From NCBI GenBank assembly GCA_023474975.1, contig JAMCXE010000003.1, forward strand, positions 1 to 35,300: 35,300 nt of DNA, written 5' to 3'. Below, in pieces: positions 8,855 to 17,795 of this stretch. The notes under the pieces are model-generated. The model had not been told where the DNA came from. It saw nothing but the letters and a program-made list of their open reading frames with translations, and ran no database searches. How positions within the stretch are numbered: position 1 is the stretch's first letter; every line of letters begins with the position of its first letter. A program made the translations under genes and the position numbers. Source of the stretch: Patescibacteria group bacterium. Its GTDB lineage: Bacteria > Patescibacteriota > Minisyncoccia > UBA6257 > 02-FULL-45-10c.

Positions 8855-8897
8855 TCCTAAAAACCTTTATTAATAAAATATTAATACATACACACAT

Positions 8898-9182
8898 ATG
8901 AAAAAGGCGGCAGTAAAAAGATCTTCAAAGAAAATAAATAGCCCTGTCGGAAAATTCAAAAAACATGAAAAAGAAGAGGGTAAAAATTGGCTGGACGAAG
9001 AAAAAGAATGGAAAAAGGATGAGCTGGAAGACGAGCTACCCATCACAGAAGAAGATACAAAAGATCTATCTAGCGCCGAAGATGAAGATGATTGGATAGA
9101 AAAAGAGACTGGCGGATATGACGAAGAAGAATCCGGAAGCGTAATAGACGATGACATGATAGACGACAAGGATAATTATTAA
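8898..9182 (+). CDS. Small protein with basic N-terminus and long acidic C-terminus
   Basis: 94-aa ORF between a promoter and a terminator-like hairpin. Confidence 0.75.
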   Translation: MKKAAVKRSSKKINSPVGKFKKHEKEEGKNWLDEEKEWKKDELEDELPITEEDTKDLSSAEDEDDWIEKETGGYDEEESGSVIDDDMIDDKDNY

Positions 9183-9187
9183 CATTT

Positions 9188-9216
9188 AATAACGGCCCGC
9201 ACTGCGGGCCGTTATT
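9188..9216. terminator. Terminator-like hairpin
   Basis: AATAACGGCCCGC-ACT-GCGGGCCGTTATT. Confidence 0.7.
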
Positions 9217-9231
9217 GGCTATAATAAATAT

Positions 9232-11745
9232 ATGAACAAAAAAACAAAACTGCCACTAGGAACCATTGGCATAATATCTCTTTTAGTGATCATAGCGGCG
9301 GGATTATTTTTCTATATTTTAATAATGAAGGACCTGCCTAGTCCTAGCCAGATCGAAAACAGAAAGGTAATAGAATCAACAAAAATATATGACCGCACAG
9401 GCCAAACACTCCTTTATGAAATTCATGGACAAGAAAAAAGAACCGTTATTCCCTTCACCGAAATTCCAGATTACGTTAAAAAAGCGCTAATAGCGCTGGA
9501 AGACCAAACCTTTTATACTCATCCGGCTTTTGATATAAAAGGAATAATAAGAGCCTTTATCTCGGATATTGCTAATGGCGGCGCATCTCAAGGCGGATCT
9601 ACTCTCACCCAACAGTTGGCAAAGAATGCGTTTCTTACCCAAGAAAAAACCATTACGAGAAAGATCAAGGAACTTATTTTAGCTGTTGAGCTTGAGCAAA
9701 AATACAGCAAAGACGAAATACTCGATCTTTATCTTAATCAGAGTCCGTTTGGAGGAAATAATTACGGCATCCAAGCTGCTAGCCAATCTTTTTTTGATAA
9801 AGATGCAAAAGACCTCGATCTGGCGCAATCAGCCCTCATTGTTAGTGTACTTCAAGCCCCAACTTATTACTCTCCTTGGGGTACACACGTTAAAGAACTC
9901 TACGCTCGCAAAGACTATGCTCTGGATCAGATGTATAAATTAGGATATATAACCGAAAAACAGATGAATAACGCTAAAACAGAGACTTTCAAGTTTGCGC
10001 CACAAGCAACCGGAATGAAAGCTCCTCATTTTGTGCAAGCGGTACAGGACTATCTCGACAACAAATATGGAGAAAATTATGTAGAAACCGCAGGACTTAA
10101 AGTTATAACCACCCTAGACTGGAATATGCAGCAATTAGCGGAAAAAGCAATAAAAGATGGCGCAGATAGGAATACTAGTCTTTATCAAGGATACAATGCC
10201 GCCCTTGTAGCTCAGGATGCCACCACCGGCCAAATATTGGCAATGGTAGGCTCTAAAGATTACTTTAGCGCTCCAGAACCAGCCGGATGTATCCCTGGAA
10301 AAAATTGCAAATTCGAAGGAAATTTCAATGTAGCTACTCAAGGGTTAAGACAACCAGGTTCAACAATGAAACCCTTTGCATATATTACCGCATTCGAAAA
10401 AGGATACACTCCAAACACAATGCTCTTTGATGTACCAACGGAATTTACCGCCAATGATCCAAATTGTCCGATCGATAATATAAACTACAACGGTAATAAT
10501 CCCGAATGTTTTCATCCCCAAGATTTTGATCCGGATTTTAAAGGACCGATCGATATGAGAAACTCTCTGGCACAATCAATCAATATAACTTCCGTAAAAA
10601 CTCTGTATTTGGCGGGACTATCGGATACATTGAAAACTGCTTCCGATTTTGGCATAACCACTCTCACTGAAAAAAATCGCTATGGACTATCTCTTGTGCT
10701 CGGAGGCGGAGAAGTTAAATTAATAGATCTGGTCGGCGCATATTCCGTATTCGCCCAAGAAGGAATAAAACACCAGCAATCAATGATCTTAAAAATAACC
10801 AATTCTCAGGGTCAAACGATTGAAGAATATAAAGATCTGGCCACGCGAGTTGTTGATGCCAAATATCCAATTTACATCAATGATATTTTGAGCGATACAG
10901 AAGCACGATCAGGACTACTACAAAACAGCTTGCCACTGACAATATTTGACGGCTATGAAGTCGCTCTAAAAACCGGGACGACCAATGATTATCATGATGC
11001 CTGGACCGTCGGCTACACTCCGGATTTCGTAGTCGGAGTTTGGGCCGGAAATAATGACAACACTCCAATGCAAAGACAAGGAAGCAGTCTTTTAGCTGCT
11101 GTTCCAATGTGGAGCGCATTTATGAAAAATGCTATAAAAACAACCCCTCAAGTTACTTTCTCTAAACCTAACCCGATTCTTGCTCAAAAATCGATACTAA
11201 ATGGACAGTTTACGGTAAATTTTAAGGTCAATGGAAGTTCTTATCCTCAAATCCATAATATACTTTTTTACGTAAACAAAAACGATCCTCAAGGTCTGTA
11301 TCCGGAAAATCCTCAAAACGACCCTCAATTCCAAAATTGGGAGATACCTGTATTGAAATGGGCAAATGACAATATCCCGGATTTTAACTCGACTTACAAC
11401 AAACCAATCCCTATAGATGAAATAAACCGATCTATTAGCGCTAGTACTAATTCCGCGGTAATAAGCGCTAACGTTGATTGGCTAAACCCTAAAAACGGAG
11501 ATTTTATAAAATCCGAAAACACCCAAGTCACGGCAAATATAACCGCTAACTTCGAGATCGGAAAAGTAGAATTATATTTTAACGGATCACTTATAACTAC
11601 CACACCTCAGCAATCCTTTGGAAAAAATTACATATTTAATTACAATTTAAACACTCAGATGGCTGAATCTCAAAACCTGCTTAAACTAAAAATATATGAT
11701 ATCGGAGGAAACTCGCTAGAAAGATCGATAATATTGTTCAAATAA
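9232..11745 (+). CDS. Class A penicillin-binding protein (PBP1A family), with possible Ig-like C-terminal domain
   Basis: N-terminal TM; glycosyltransferase motifs EDQTFYTH, GGSTLTQQ, RKIKE; transpeptidase motifs STMK, SIN, KTGT. Confidence 0.95.
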   Translation: MNKKTKLPLGTIGIISLLVIIAAGLFFYILIMKDLPSPSQIENRKVIESTKIYDRTGQTLLYEIHGQEKRTVIPFTEIPDYVKKALIALEDQTFYTHPAFDIKGIIRAFISDIANGGASQGGSTLTQQLAKNAFLTQEKTITRKIKELILAVELEQKYSKDEILDLYLNQSPFGGNNYGIQAASQSFFDKDAKDLDLAQSALIVSVLQAPTYYSPWGTHVKELYARKDYALDQMYKLGYITEKQMNNAKTETFKFAPQATGMKAPHFVQAVQDYLDNKYGENYVETAGLKVITTLDWNMQQLAEKAIKDGADRNTSLYQGYNAALVAQDATTGQILAMVGSKDYFSAPEPAGCIPGKNCKFEGNFNVATQGLRQPGSTMKPFAYITAFEKGYTPNTMLFDVPTEFTANDPNCPIDNINYNGNNPECFHPQDFDPDFKGPIDMRNSLAQSINITSVKTLYLAGLSDTLKTASDFGITTLTEKNRYGLSLVLGGGEVKLIDLVGAYSVFAQEGIKHQQSMILKITNSQGQTIEEYKDLATRVVDAKYPIYINDILSDTEARSGLLQNSLPLTIFDGYEVALKTGTTNDYHDAWTVGYTPDFVVGVWAGNNDNTPMQRQGSSLLAAVPMWSAFMKNAIKTTPQVTFSKPNPILAQKSILNGQFTVNFKVNGSSYPQIHNILFYVNKNDPQGLYPENPQNDPQFQNWEIPVLKWANDNIPDFNSTYNKPIPIDEINRSISASTNSAVISANVDWLNPKNGDFIKSENTQVTANITANFEIGKVELYFNGSLITTTPQQSFGKNYIFNYNLNTQMAESQNLLKLKIYDIGGNSLERSIILFK

Positions 11746-11773
11746 AAAAATAGATCAAAAATCTATCCATTTT

Positions 11774-12904
11774 TTAGCTGTTTTTAATAGGCATCAATAT
11801 ATAGAAATAAGAAAAGTCTTTTTGAGATCTGATCATCGCCGGGTGTTGATCGCCGTTTAATCCAAGCACGATCTCCTCGAGATCAAAGCTTTTCAAACCT
11901 TCAAGCAAAAACCTCCAATTAAATACTATCTCGAAATCTTCACCTTTTGATTTCATGGGTACCAAATAACGATTTTCTCCGATCTGTTGAGTGGACGAAG
12001 AAACCTCCATAACTTTCTTACCCTCCTTGCTTTTCAATTTAACGTCATTTATTTTTCCACTAAAATTACTAACCAGTCTTACCGCATTTGTAAAATTCTC
12101 TTTGGAAACGATACATTCGGTTTCAAATTTTTTAGGAACAATGGGATCATAATCCGGATAAGTTCCATCTATTAAACGCGATATAATTTCAACATCTTCT
12201 CCTTTAAATAAAATTTGATTTGGATCAAAATAAATATGAAGATCATCTTCCGACGCAGAACCTTCTTTTTTTGAAAAAATCCTTGGGATCTCTTGAATTG
12301 TTTTTAGCGGAATTATCGCTTTAAATCCTCTTATAAAGTTAGCTTTATAATCTTTGTCGAATAGAGTTTTTTCGGCCAACCTGACTCCATCAGTAGCTAC
12401 CAATTTCAAACTGGAAATCTGAAAATCGAACAGGATCCCGCTTATTTCCGGCCTTATTTCCGATATCTGAGCGCAATTTATAACTTTTAAAACCGCCTCA
12501 TTAAATACATTACTGCTAATCTTAAGGTTATTTTGCATATTGCCAATTTCGGGAATTATAGGAAAATCTTCTTCGCTCAAACCCTGGATTGCAGCTTCAT
12601 AATTATCTGTTTTTAAGATCAAATTATCTTTTTTTGATTCTAGACTCACTTTCTCACTGTCTAAATTAGAAATGATCCCATTTAAAATAGAAAAAGGAAC
12701 CGTTATTGAACCATCCTCGATTATCTTACCTGAAACATTCTTACTTATCGCTAATTCTAAATTTGTAGCCGTTAAGCGAATTTTGTTATTAAAAGTCTTT
12801 ATTAGGATATTTTTAAGTATGGGTAAATTATTATTTTCAGAAACAGCTTTCACTATTGAGTTCAAACCATCCTTCAAGTTTTCTTTTAGTATGAGTATTT
12901 TCAT
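11774..12904 (-). CDS. dnaN: DNA polymerase III beta clamp
   Basis: LPILKNIL, ATNLE, ATDGVRLA, SRLIDGTYPDY, ILMPIK motifs; downstream of dnaA. Confidence 0.97.
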   Translation of the reverse strand: MKILILKENLKDGLNSIVKAVSENNNLPILKNILIKTFNNKIRLTATNLELAISKNVSGKIIEDGSITVPFSILNGIISNLDSEKVSLESKKDNLILKTDNYEAAIQGLSEEDFPIIPEIGNMQNNLKISSNVFNEAVLKVINCAQISEIRPEISGILFDFQISSLKLVATDGVRLAEKTLFDKDYKANFIRGFKAIIPLKTIQEIPRIFSKKEGSASEDDLHIYFDPNQILFKGEDVEIISRLIDGTYPDYDPIVPKKFETECIVSKENFTNAVRLVSNFSGKINDVKLKSKEGKKVMEVSSSTQQIGENRYLVPMKSKGEDFEIVFNWRFLLEGLKSFDLEEIVLGLNGDQHPAMIRSQKDFSYFYILMPIKNS

Positions 12905-13138
12905 TTATTTAATTAATTTATATATAAGATAGTAGTAGATGTAGTATTTGATAACATTGTGAATAAGTGCCTTTTGTTTAGTATTTATCGGTGTTAACTC
13001 ATGCACAGCCAGATGTTATTTAAATTTTATAGATTGTTTATAAGTGAAATGATCGTTGGATCTTATTAATTTATCCTATTTTTTATAACAGGGATAACTA
13101 TGGAGTATCCATAGGTTTTCAACAAAGCTACTAACAGT
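12905..13138. other. Probable oriC (DnaA boxes, DnaA-trios, AT-rich unwinding region)
   Basis: dnaA-dnaN intergenic region; TGTGAATAA at 12958-12966 plus several degenerate boxes; TAGTAGTAG-ATG-TAG at 12930-12944; AT-only run from about 12903 to 12927. Confidence 0.8.
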
Positions 13139-14509
13139 TTATTCTTTATTTATAATGTCTTTTATGGCTATTATTTTTTGATTAAGATTTTGATCTTTTT
13201 CTATTTCTGCGGAAAGTTTGTTGTAGGCATAGATTGCGGTTGTATGATCTCTTTTCCCGAGTTTTTCTCCAATAGATGGATAGGACATACCCAGTAATTC
13301 GCGTAAAAGATACATGGCTATTTGTCTTGGTTCAGCTACGCTGTTTTTTCTGCAACGCCCGGTCAGGGAATTGATATCTACTTCAAAATAGTCCGCAACT
13401 GCTTTTATAACTTGAGTGCTGCTTACATTTTTAACTGGCTGTTGAAAGCTTTCGTTAATAATTTCTTCTGCTTGTTTGGCGCTGAGCTCAACATTTTTAG
13501 TGGTTTGTACGAATAAAATTTTATTTAAAACACCCTCTAACTCCCTTAGGTTCTTTTGAACTTTTGAGGCAATGACATCTATTACATTGTCGGATAAGTT
13601 AGCTCCCCTATTTTGTAATTTGGTCTTTAAAATAGCCATTCTTAGCTCATAATCAGGGAAACCGATATCGGCGATCATTCCGCCTTCAAAACGAGATCTT
13701 AATCTCTCTTCGAGCGTAGGAATGAATCTAGGCGGCCTATCAGAGGAAATGATTATTTGTTTATTATTTTCGTACAAAGAATTGAAAGTGTGAAAAAACT
13801 CTTCTTCGGTTGCCGCTTTACCCCCAATGAATTGAATATCATCGATTATCAAAACATCTGTAAGACGATATTTTTCTTTCAGGTCTTCGGTTCTTTTGTT
13901 TTTTATAGACCAAATAACATCGTTCGTGAATTTTTCGGAAGAAACATATTTTACTTTTATTTTGTTGTTGTATTCTTTTTTGATCTCATTGCCTACAGCT
14001 TGAATGAGATGTGTCTTTCCTAGACCTACGCCTCCGTATATAAAAAGTGGATTGTATTTTTTTCCGACATCTTTTATTACTGCTGTAGCTGCAGCATGTG
14101 CTAACTCATTTGATGACCCTACAACAAAGGATTTTAATGTGTATCGGGGATTGAGATTCGTTTCGGGATCAACTTTTAATTCGGCAAACGATTGCTGAAA
14201 TTTTATATCGAAACTATCCGAAGACTTTTGTTTTGTGTGCGTGGCCGAGTGTCCGGAAGAATTTTTATTTTCAACTACATATTCTATTTTTTTTGTGCTT
14301 TCGTCAAAATTTCTTAAAACAGAAAGAATGATCTTGTTATATTTATTCTCTACCCACTCTTTTGCAAAATTATTAGGCAAACTCACAAATACGACACCGT
14401 CCTGTTTGTGAGTCAACCGACTATTTTTTAGCCAGGTAAGAAAATTTGGCCTAGAAATTTGTAATTCTACTTCGCTTAACGTTGATTGCCAAAGATGTTC
14501 TAGTTCCAT
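13139..14509 (-). CDS. dnaA: Chromosomal replication initiator DnaA
   Basis: LNPRYT..SFV.G.SN, YNPLFIYGGVGLGKTHL, IDDIQF, RL.SRFEGG, RDHTT motifs. Confidence 0.98.
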   Translation of the reverse strand: MELEHLWQSTLSEVELQISRPNFLTWLKNSRLTHKQDGVVFVSLPNNFAKEWVENKYNKIILSVLRNFDESTKKIEYVVENKNSSGHSATHTKQKSSDSFDIKFQQSFAELKVDPETNLNPRYTLKSFVVGSSNELAHAAATAVIKDVGKKYNPLFIYGGVGLGKTHLIQAVGNEIKKEYNNKIKVKYVSSEKFTNDVIWSIKNKRTEDLKEKYRLTDVLIIDDIQFIGGKAATEEEFFHTFNSLYENNKQIIISSDRPPRFIPTLEERLRSRFEGGMIADIGFPDYELRMAILKTKLQNRGANLSDNVIDVIASKVQKNLRELEGVLNKILFVQTTKNVELSAKQAEEIINESFQQPVKNVSSTQVIKAVADYFEVDINSLTGRCRKNSVAEPRQIAMYLLRELLGMSYPSIGEKLGKRDHTTAIYAYNKLSAEIEKDQNLNQKIIAIKDIINKE

Positions 14510-14752
14510 ACCGGGTTTAAAAGATTTTTAATTAAATGTTTACGACTTAATTTACTACGACTTAATTTATATTGTTATTAAACCACCAAGCCGCTGTCTA
14601 TTTCAATCCCCGTCCGTATCGCATCGATTTTTTTATATTTTTTTGCTATTTGATACAAGTTAATTTTATTACGTAACCAACAGGAGTCAAATAGTGAAAA
14701 TATAACAATGTGTTAATTAGTTGTGGAGAACTTATTTTACACCGATCATGCC

Positions 14753-14855
14753 CAAGTTGAAAGTCAAAAGTCGAAAGTCGAAAGTTGAAAGTCAAAAAAT
14801 CTGAAAGTTATTAGAAAGTTTTTATTTTTGTAATTTTGACTTTTGAGCTTTGACT
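14753..14855. repeat. Inverted pair of heptamer tandem arrays
   Basis: Six AAAGTCA/AAAGTCG/AAAGTTG-type units (14753-14794) and complementary TTTGACT-TTTGAGC-TTTGACT (14835-14855). Confidence 0.85.
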
Positions 14856-14871
14856 TGTTATTCTATTTGAT

Positions 14872-15006
14872 ATGTCACAAACTTATCAACCAGCAAAAAA
14901 GAAGAGGGCTAGAGCGCATGGTTTTCTAAAAAGAATGAAGACGCCGGGTGGAAGGCGCGTTTTGGCAAGCCGCAGAATAAAAGGCAGGAAGAGATTGGCC
15001 GTTTAA
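14872..15006 (+). CDS. rpmH: 50S ribosomal protein L34
   Basis: Manual translation [44 protein letters not shown]; expected position divergent from dnaA. Confidence 0.97.
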   Translation: MSQTYQPAKKKRARAHGFLKRMKTPGGRRVLASRRIKGRKRLAV

Positions 15007-15023
15007 GCCTTGTTTTTAGGGCT

Positions 15024-15350
15024 ATGCTTGCAAAGAAATTCCGCCTGCAAATTCAATCGGTTTTAAACAAAAGCGGTCGCAACATCGGTAACCGCTATTT
15101 TTTATTGAAATTATTTCCCGGATCGGTCAATTACAATCGTTTTGGCGCGGTGATAAGCAAAAAGGTTCATAAAAGTGCCGTTTGGAGGAATCGTTTGAAG
15201 AGAATTATTATGGATGTTGCCGGAAAATTTATTGATGCGGGAGATCGTAATGGTCAAGAAGTCCTTATAATTGTTTCTCCGGCTATGACTAAATTAAAAA
15301 AAGCTGATATTATAAAAGAAATCGATGAATCATTGAGAAAGATTCTCTAA
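15024..15350 (+). CDS. rnpA: Ribonuclease P protein component
   Basis: RFGAVISKKVHKSAVWRNRLKR (RNR motif); synteny. Confidence 0.95.
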   Translation: MLAKKFRLQIQSVLNKSGRNIGNRYFLLKLFPGSVNYNRFGAVISKKVHKSAVWRNRLKRIIMDVAGKFIDAGDRNGQEVLIIVSPAMTKLKKADIIKEIDESLRKIL

Positions 15351-15422
15351 GGCTATAAAATTTAATTTTCAAGCCACTTCTGATTGAAGATTGGGATTTG
15401 AAAATTGAAAATTACAACAATT

Positions 15423-16124
15423 ATGTTCAACACATACCTATACATACCGCTTTTAAATATTCTTATTTTTTTATATAACAATTTTTCTTTTGGAAGCTTG
15501 GGTCTTGCTATTATATTGCTTACTGTTTTGATAAGAGTGATCCTTTTCCCTCTTTTTTATAAAAGCGCAAAAAGCCAAATGATAATGCAGAAGATCCAGC
15601 CGCTTATTCAAAAGATACAGAAGGATCACAAAGAGGACAAAGAAAAGCAGGCGCAGGCTCTAATGGACCTTTACAAGAAATATAAAGTTAATCCGTTTTC
15701 CAGCATTCTTATGCTATTTGTCCAAATTCCTGTATTGATAGCACTATATAGTTTGTTCAGATCCGACTTTTCTGCTATGAATTTTTCGGTTCTGTATAGC
15801 TTCGTCAGCGCTCCGCAGCATATCAATACTTTATTTTTGGGCTTGATAGATCTAAAAAGCAGCAGTATTATAATGGTAGTTTTGGCGGCAATTGCGCAGT
15901 ATTTTCAGGGCGCACTGACGCTTCCCAAAAAAGAAAAAGGAAAGGAAGTGTCCGCGGCAGAAAAAATGACCAGGCAAATGATCTATTATACCCCGCTTTT
16001 TACCGTTCTCGTTCTTTGGAAGATGCCTTCAGCCATTGGTCTTTATTGGTTGGTTACTTCTCTTTTTTCGGTGGGTCAGCAAATTTATATAAATAAAAAA
16101 GTTAAAGTTAATATTAACGAATAA
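15423..16124 (+). CDS. yidC: Membrane protein insertase YidC/Oxa1 (short form)
   Basis: GLAIILLTVLIRVILFPL, NPFS...QIPVLIALY, PSAIGLYW motifs; ATG at 15423 preferred over the upstream TTG. Confidence 0.93.
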   Translation: MFNTYLYIPLLNILIFLYNNFSFGSLGLAIILLTVLIRVILFPLFYKSAKSQMIMQKIQPLIQKIQKDHKEDKEKQAQALMDLYKKYKVNPFSSILMLFVQIPVLIALYSLFRSDFSAMNFSVLYSFVSAPQHINTLFLGLIDLKSSSIIMVVLAAIAQYFQGALTLPKKEKGKEVSAAEKMTRQMIYYTPLFTVLVLWKMPSAIGLYWLVTSLFSVGQQIYINKKVKVNINE

Positions 16125-16127
16125 CAT

Positions 16128-16574
16128 ATGAGCAATACAGAAAGCGTTAAAAACAAAATAAAAGAGCTTTTAGAATTGGGAGGGTTCAGAGATTTTTCCG
16201 CAGAAGCCGATATCGAGGGCAAGAGGATTTCGATATTTATTAACGAATTCAACCTCGATAAAAGCGTTCTTCCTAAAATAATTGCCGATTTTGAGAGAGT
16301 GGCCAGACTTATTTCAAAGAAATTAGATCCTGCCATTGAAGATAATTTGATCCTAGATATTAATAATTACAGACGAGAGAGAGAGCGGCTCATCGCTGAA
16401 TTAGCTAAGGCTGCCGCTAGAAAGGTTTTGATCAACAAGCAAGAGGTCACATTGCCGGCGATGAATGCCTTCGAGAGAAGAATAGTCCATATGGAGCTTG
16501 CCAGTAGGCCCGACGTCAAAACCGAAAGCTTTGGAGTGGGTCCAGAAAGGCACATCGTGATCAAGCCAATATAA
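16128..16574 (+). CDS. jag: Jag/KhpB-like R3H RNA-binding protein
   Basis: LDINNYR, LPAMNAFERRIVH, TESFG.GPERH motifs; follows yidC. Confidence 0.88.
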   Translation: MSNTESVKNKIKELLELGGFRDFSAEADIEGKRISIFINEFNLDKSVLPKIIADFERVARLISKKLDPAIEDNLILDINNYRRERERLIAELAKAAARKVLINKQEVTLPAMNAFERRIVHMELASRPDVKTESFGVGPERHIVIKPI

Positions 16575-16582
16575 TGCATAAA

Positions 16583-16617
16583 AATAAAAAACCACCCAAA
16601 AAGGGTGGTTTTTTATT
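16583..16617. terminator. Bidirectional intrinsic terminator
   Basis: AATAAAAAACCACCC-AAAAA-GGGTGGTTTTTTATT between convergent genes. Confidence 0.85.
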
Positions 16618-16618
16618 G

Positions 16619-17779
16619 CTAAAGGCTGAGCGAGTAAACTTTGTTATCGTAACGATTTACAAATAAAAGGCTGTTATCTTTTATTTTTAGATCATAGGCA
16701 TCAAGCGGGACGTCATTTCCGTCAAATATTTTCGTGATTTTCCCAGTCGGCAGATTCATTTCAAAAATATCATCAACGAAGTAGTCGTTTTTACTATAGT
16801 AATCATCGGGAAGAGCTATCCCCGATCGAATATTCTTAGGAATGCCGCAATATATTATTTGAGAGTTGGAGCTGAATACGCATTTTTCCGGAACGGTTAC
16901 AAATGGAAGGCTGACAAGATTATTGCATAGGTCGTCTACAATGCTTAACTTTGGCATCCTTTCGGCGGAAATCAGTTTTATTCCCAGGTCACCCTTATCC
17001 GCCCATTTTATATCCGTTCCATAATCTCCGCTTGTGAGCATTTTTAGTGTTTTGGTAGCGGTATCGAATGAATAAACATATCCGCTTATATCAATTGCTG
17101 GATCGCTATAAAATAAGATCTTCTGATCGGTTATCCAGTTTAAATTAAGTCCGGCCTGGCTCATATTTTGTAATTGGCTTGTTTTTTGCGTGGTCAGATC
17201 TAGGACGTTAAGAGCTTTTTCGTTGGTATAAGCAACTTTTTTGGAGTCTGGAGAAATGGTAGCCGATATTGTGCTTACCGGAAGGGGCTGCCAGCTGGTG
17301 GAGCTGGCTGAAAAAATACTGAAAGTTGGAAGCTGAGGATAATTAAATTCGGCTATTGCCAGCGAGCCGTCTTTTGACGGGATTATAGAATGCAGATTAG
17401 TAATAGTTTGGGGGCTAACAAGCTGCCTAGTATTGTCGTTATTTATTTTTATAATTTGTCCTGCTAAATTAGCGAAGTAAACACTGCCGTCTTTTGAATT
17501 AAGCCAATATTCGGAAACCGGTGTATCAATAAATATGGAAAGCTTTTGAGTGACCGTTTGAGGGGTTTGGGTTGTCGTTTGCTCGGATGTGTTTATCGGG
17601 GCTCCAATTGCGCCGCCTTCGCCTACATTCGTTACTTCGGTGGTAGGCACCCCTCCTGTTCCGGTTAGATTACCGGTATTTCTTGAATTTAACCACTTCC
17701 AAAGGAAATAAGCGCCAATTATGATCGCGATGACTATTAATACTATAGCTATTATTTTTAATATGCGTTTGTAGTCCAT
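16619..17779 (-). CDS. Membrane-anchored protein with probable beta-propeller
   Basis: N-terminal TM, Thr/Gly linker, SPDSKKVAY/PSKDGS-type repeats. Confidence 0.7.
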   Translation of the reverse strand: MDYKRILKIIAIVLIVIAIIIGAYFLWKWLNSRNTGNLTGTGGVPTTEVTNVGEGGAIGAPINTSEQTTTQTPQTVTQKLSIFIDTPVSEYWLNSKDGSVYFANLAGQIIKINNDNTRQLVSPQTITNLHSIIPSKDGSLAIAEFNYPQLPTFSIFSASSTSWQPLPVSTISATISPDSKKVAYTNEKALNVLDLTTQKTSQLQNMSQAGLNLNWITDQKILFYSDPAIDISGYVYSFDTATKTLKMLTSGDYGTDIKWADKGDLGIKLISAERMPKLSIVDDLCNNLVSLPFVTVPEKCVFSSNSQIIYCGIPKNIRSGIALPDDYYSKNDYFVDDIFEMNLPTGKITKIFDGNDVPLDAYDLKIKDNSLLFVNRYDNKVYSLSL

Positions 17780-17795
17780 TTGGTTATCTTATTAA

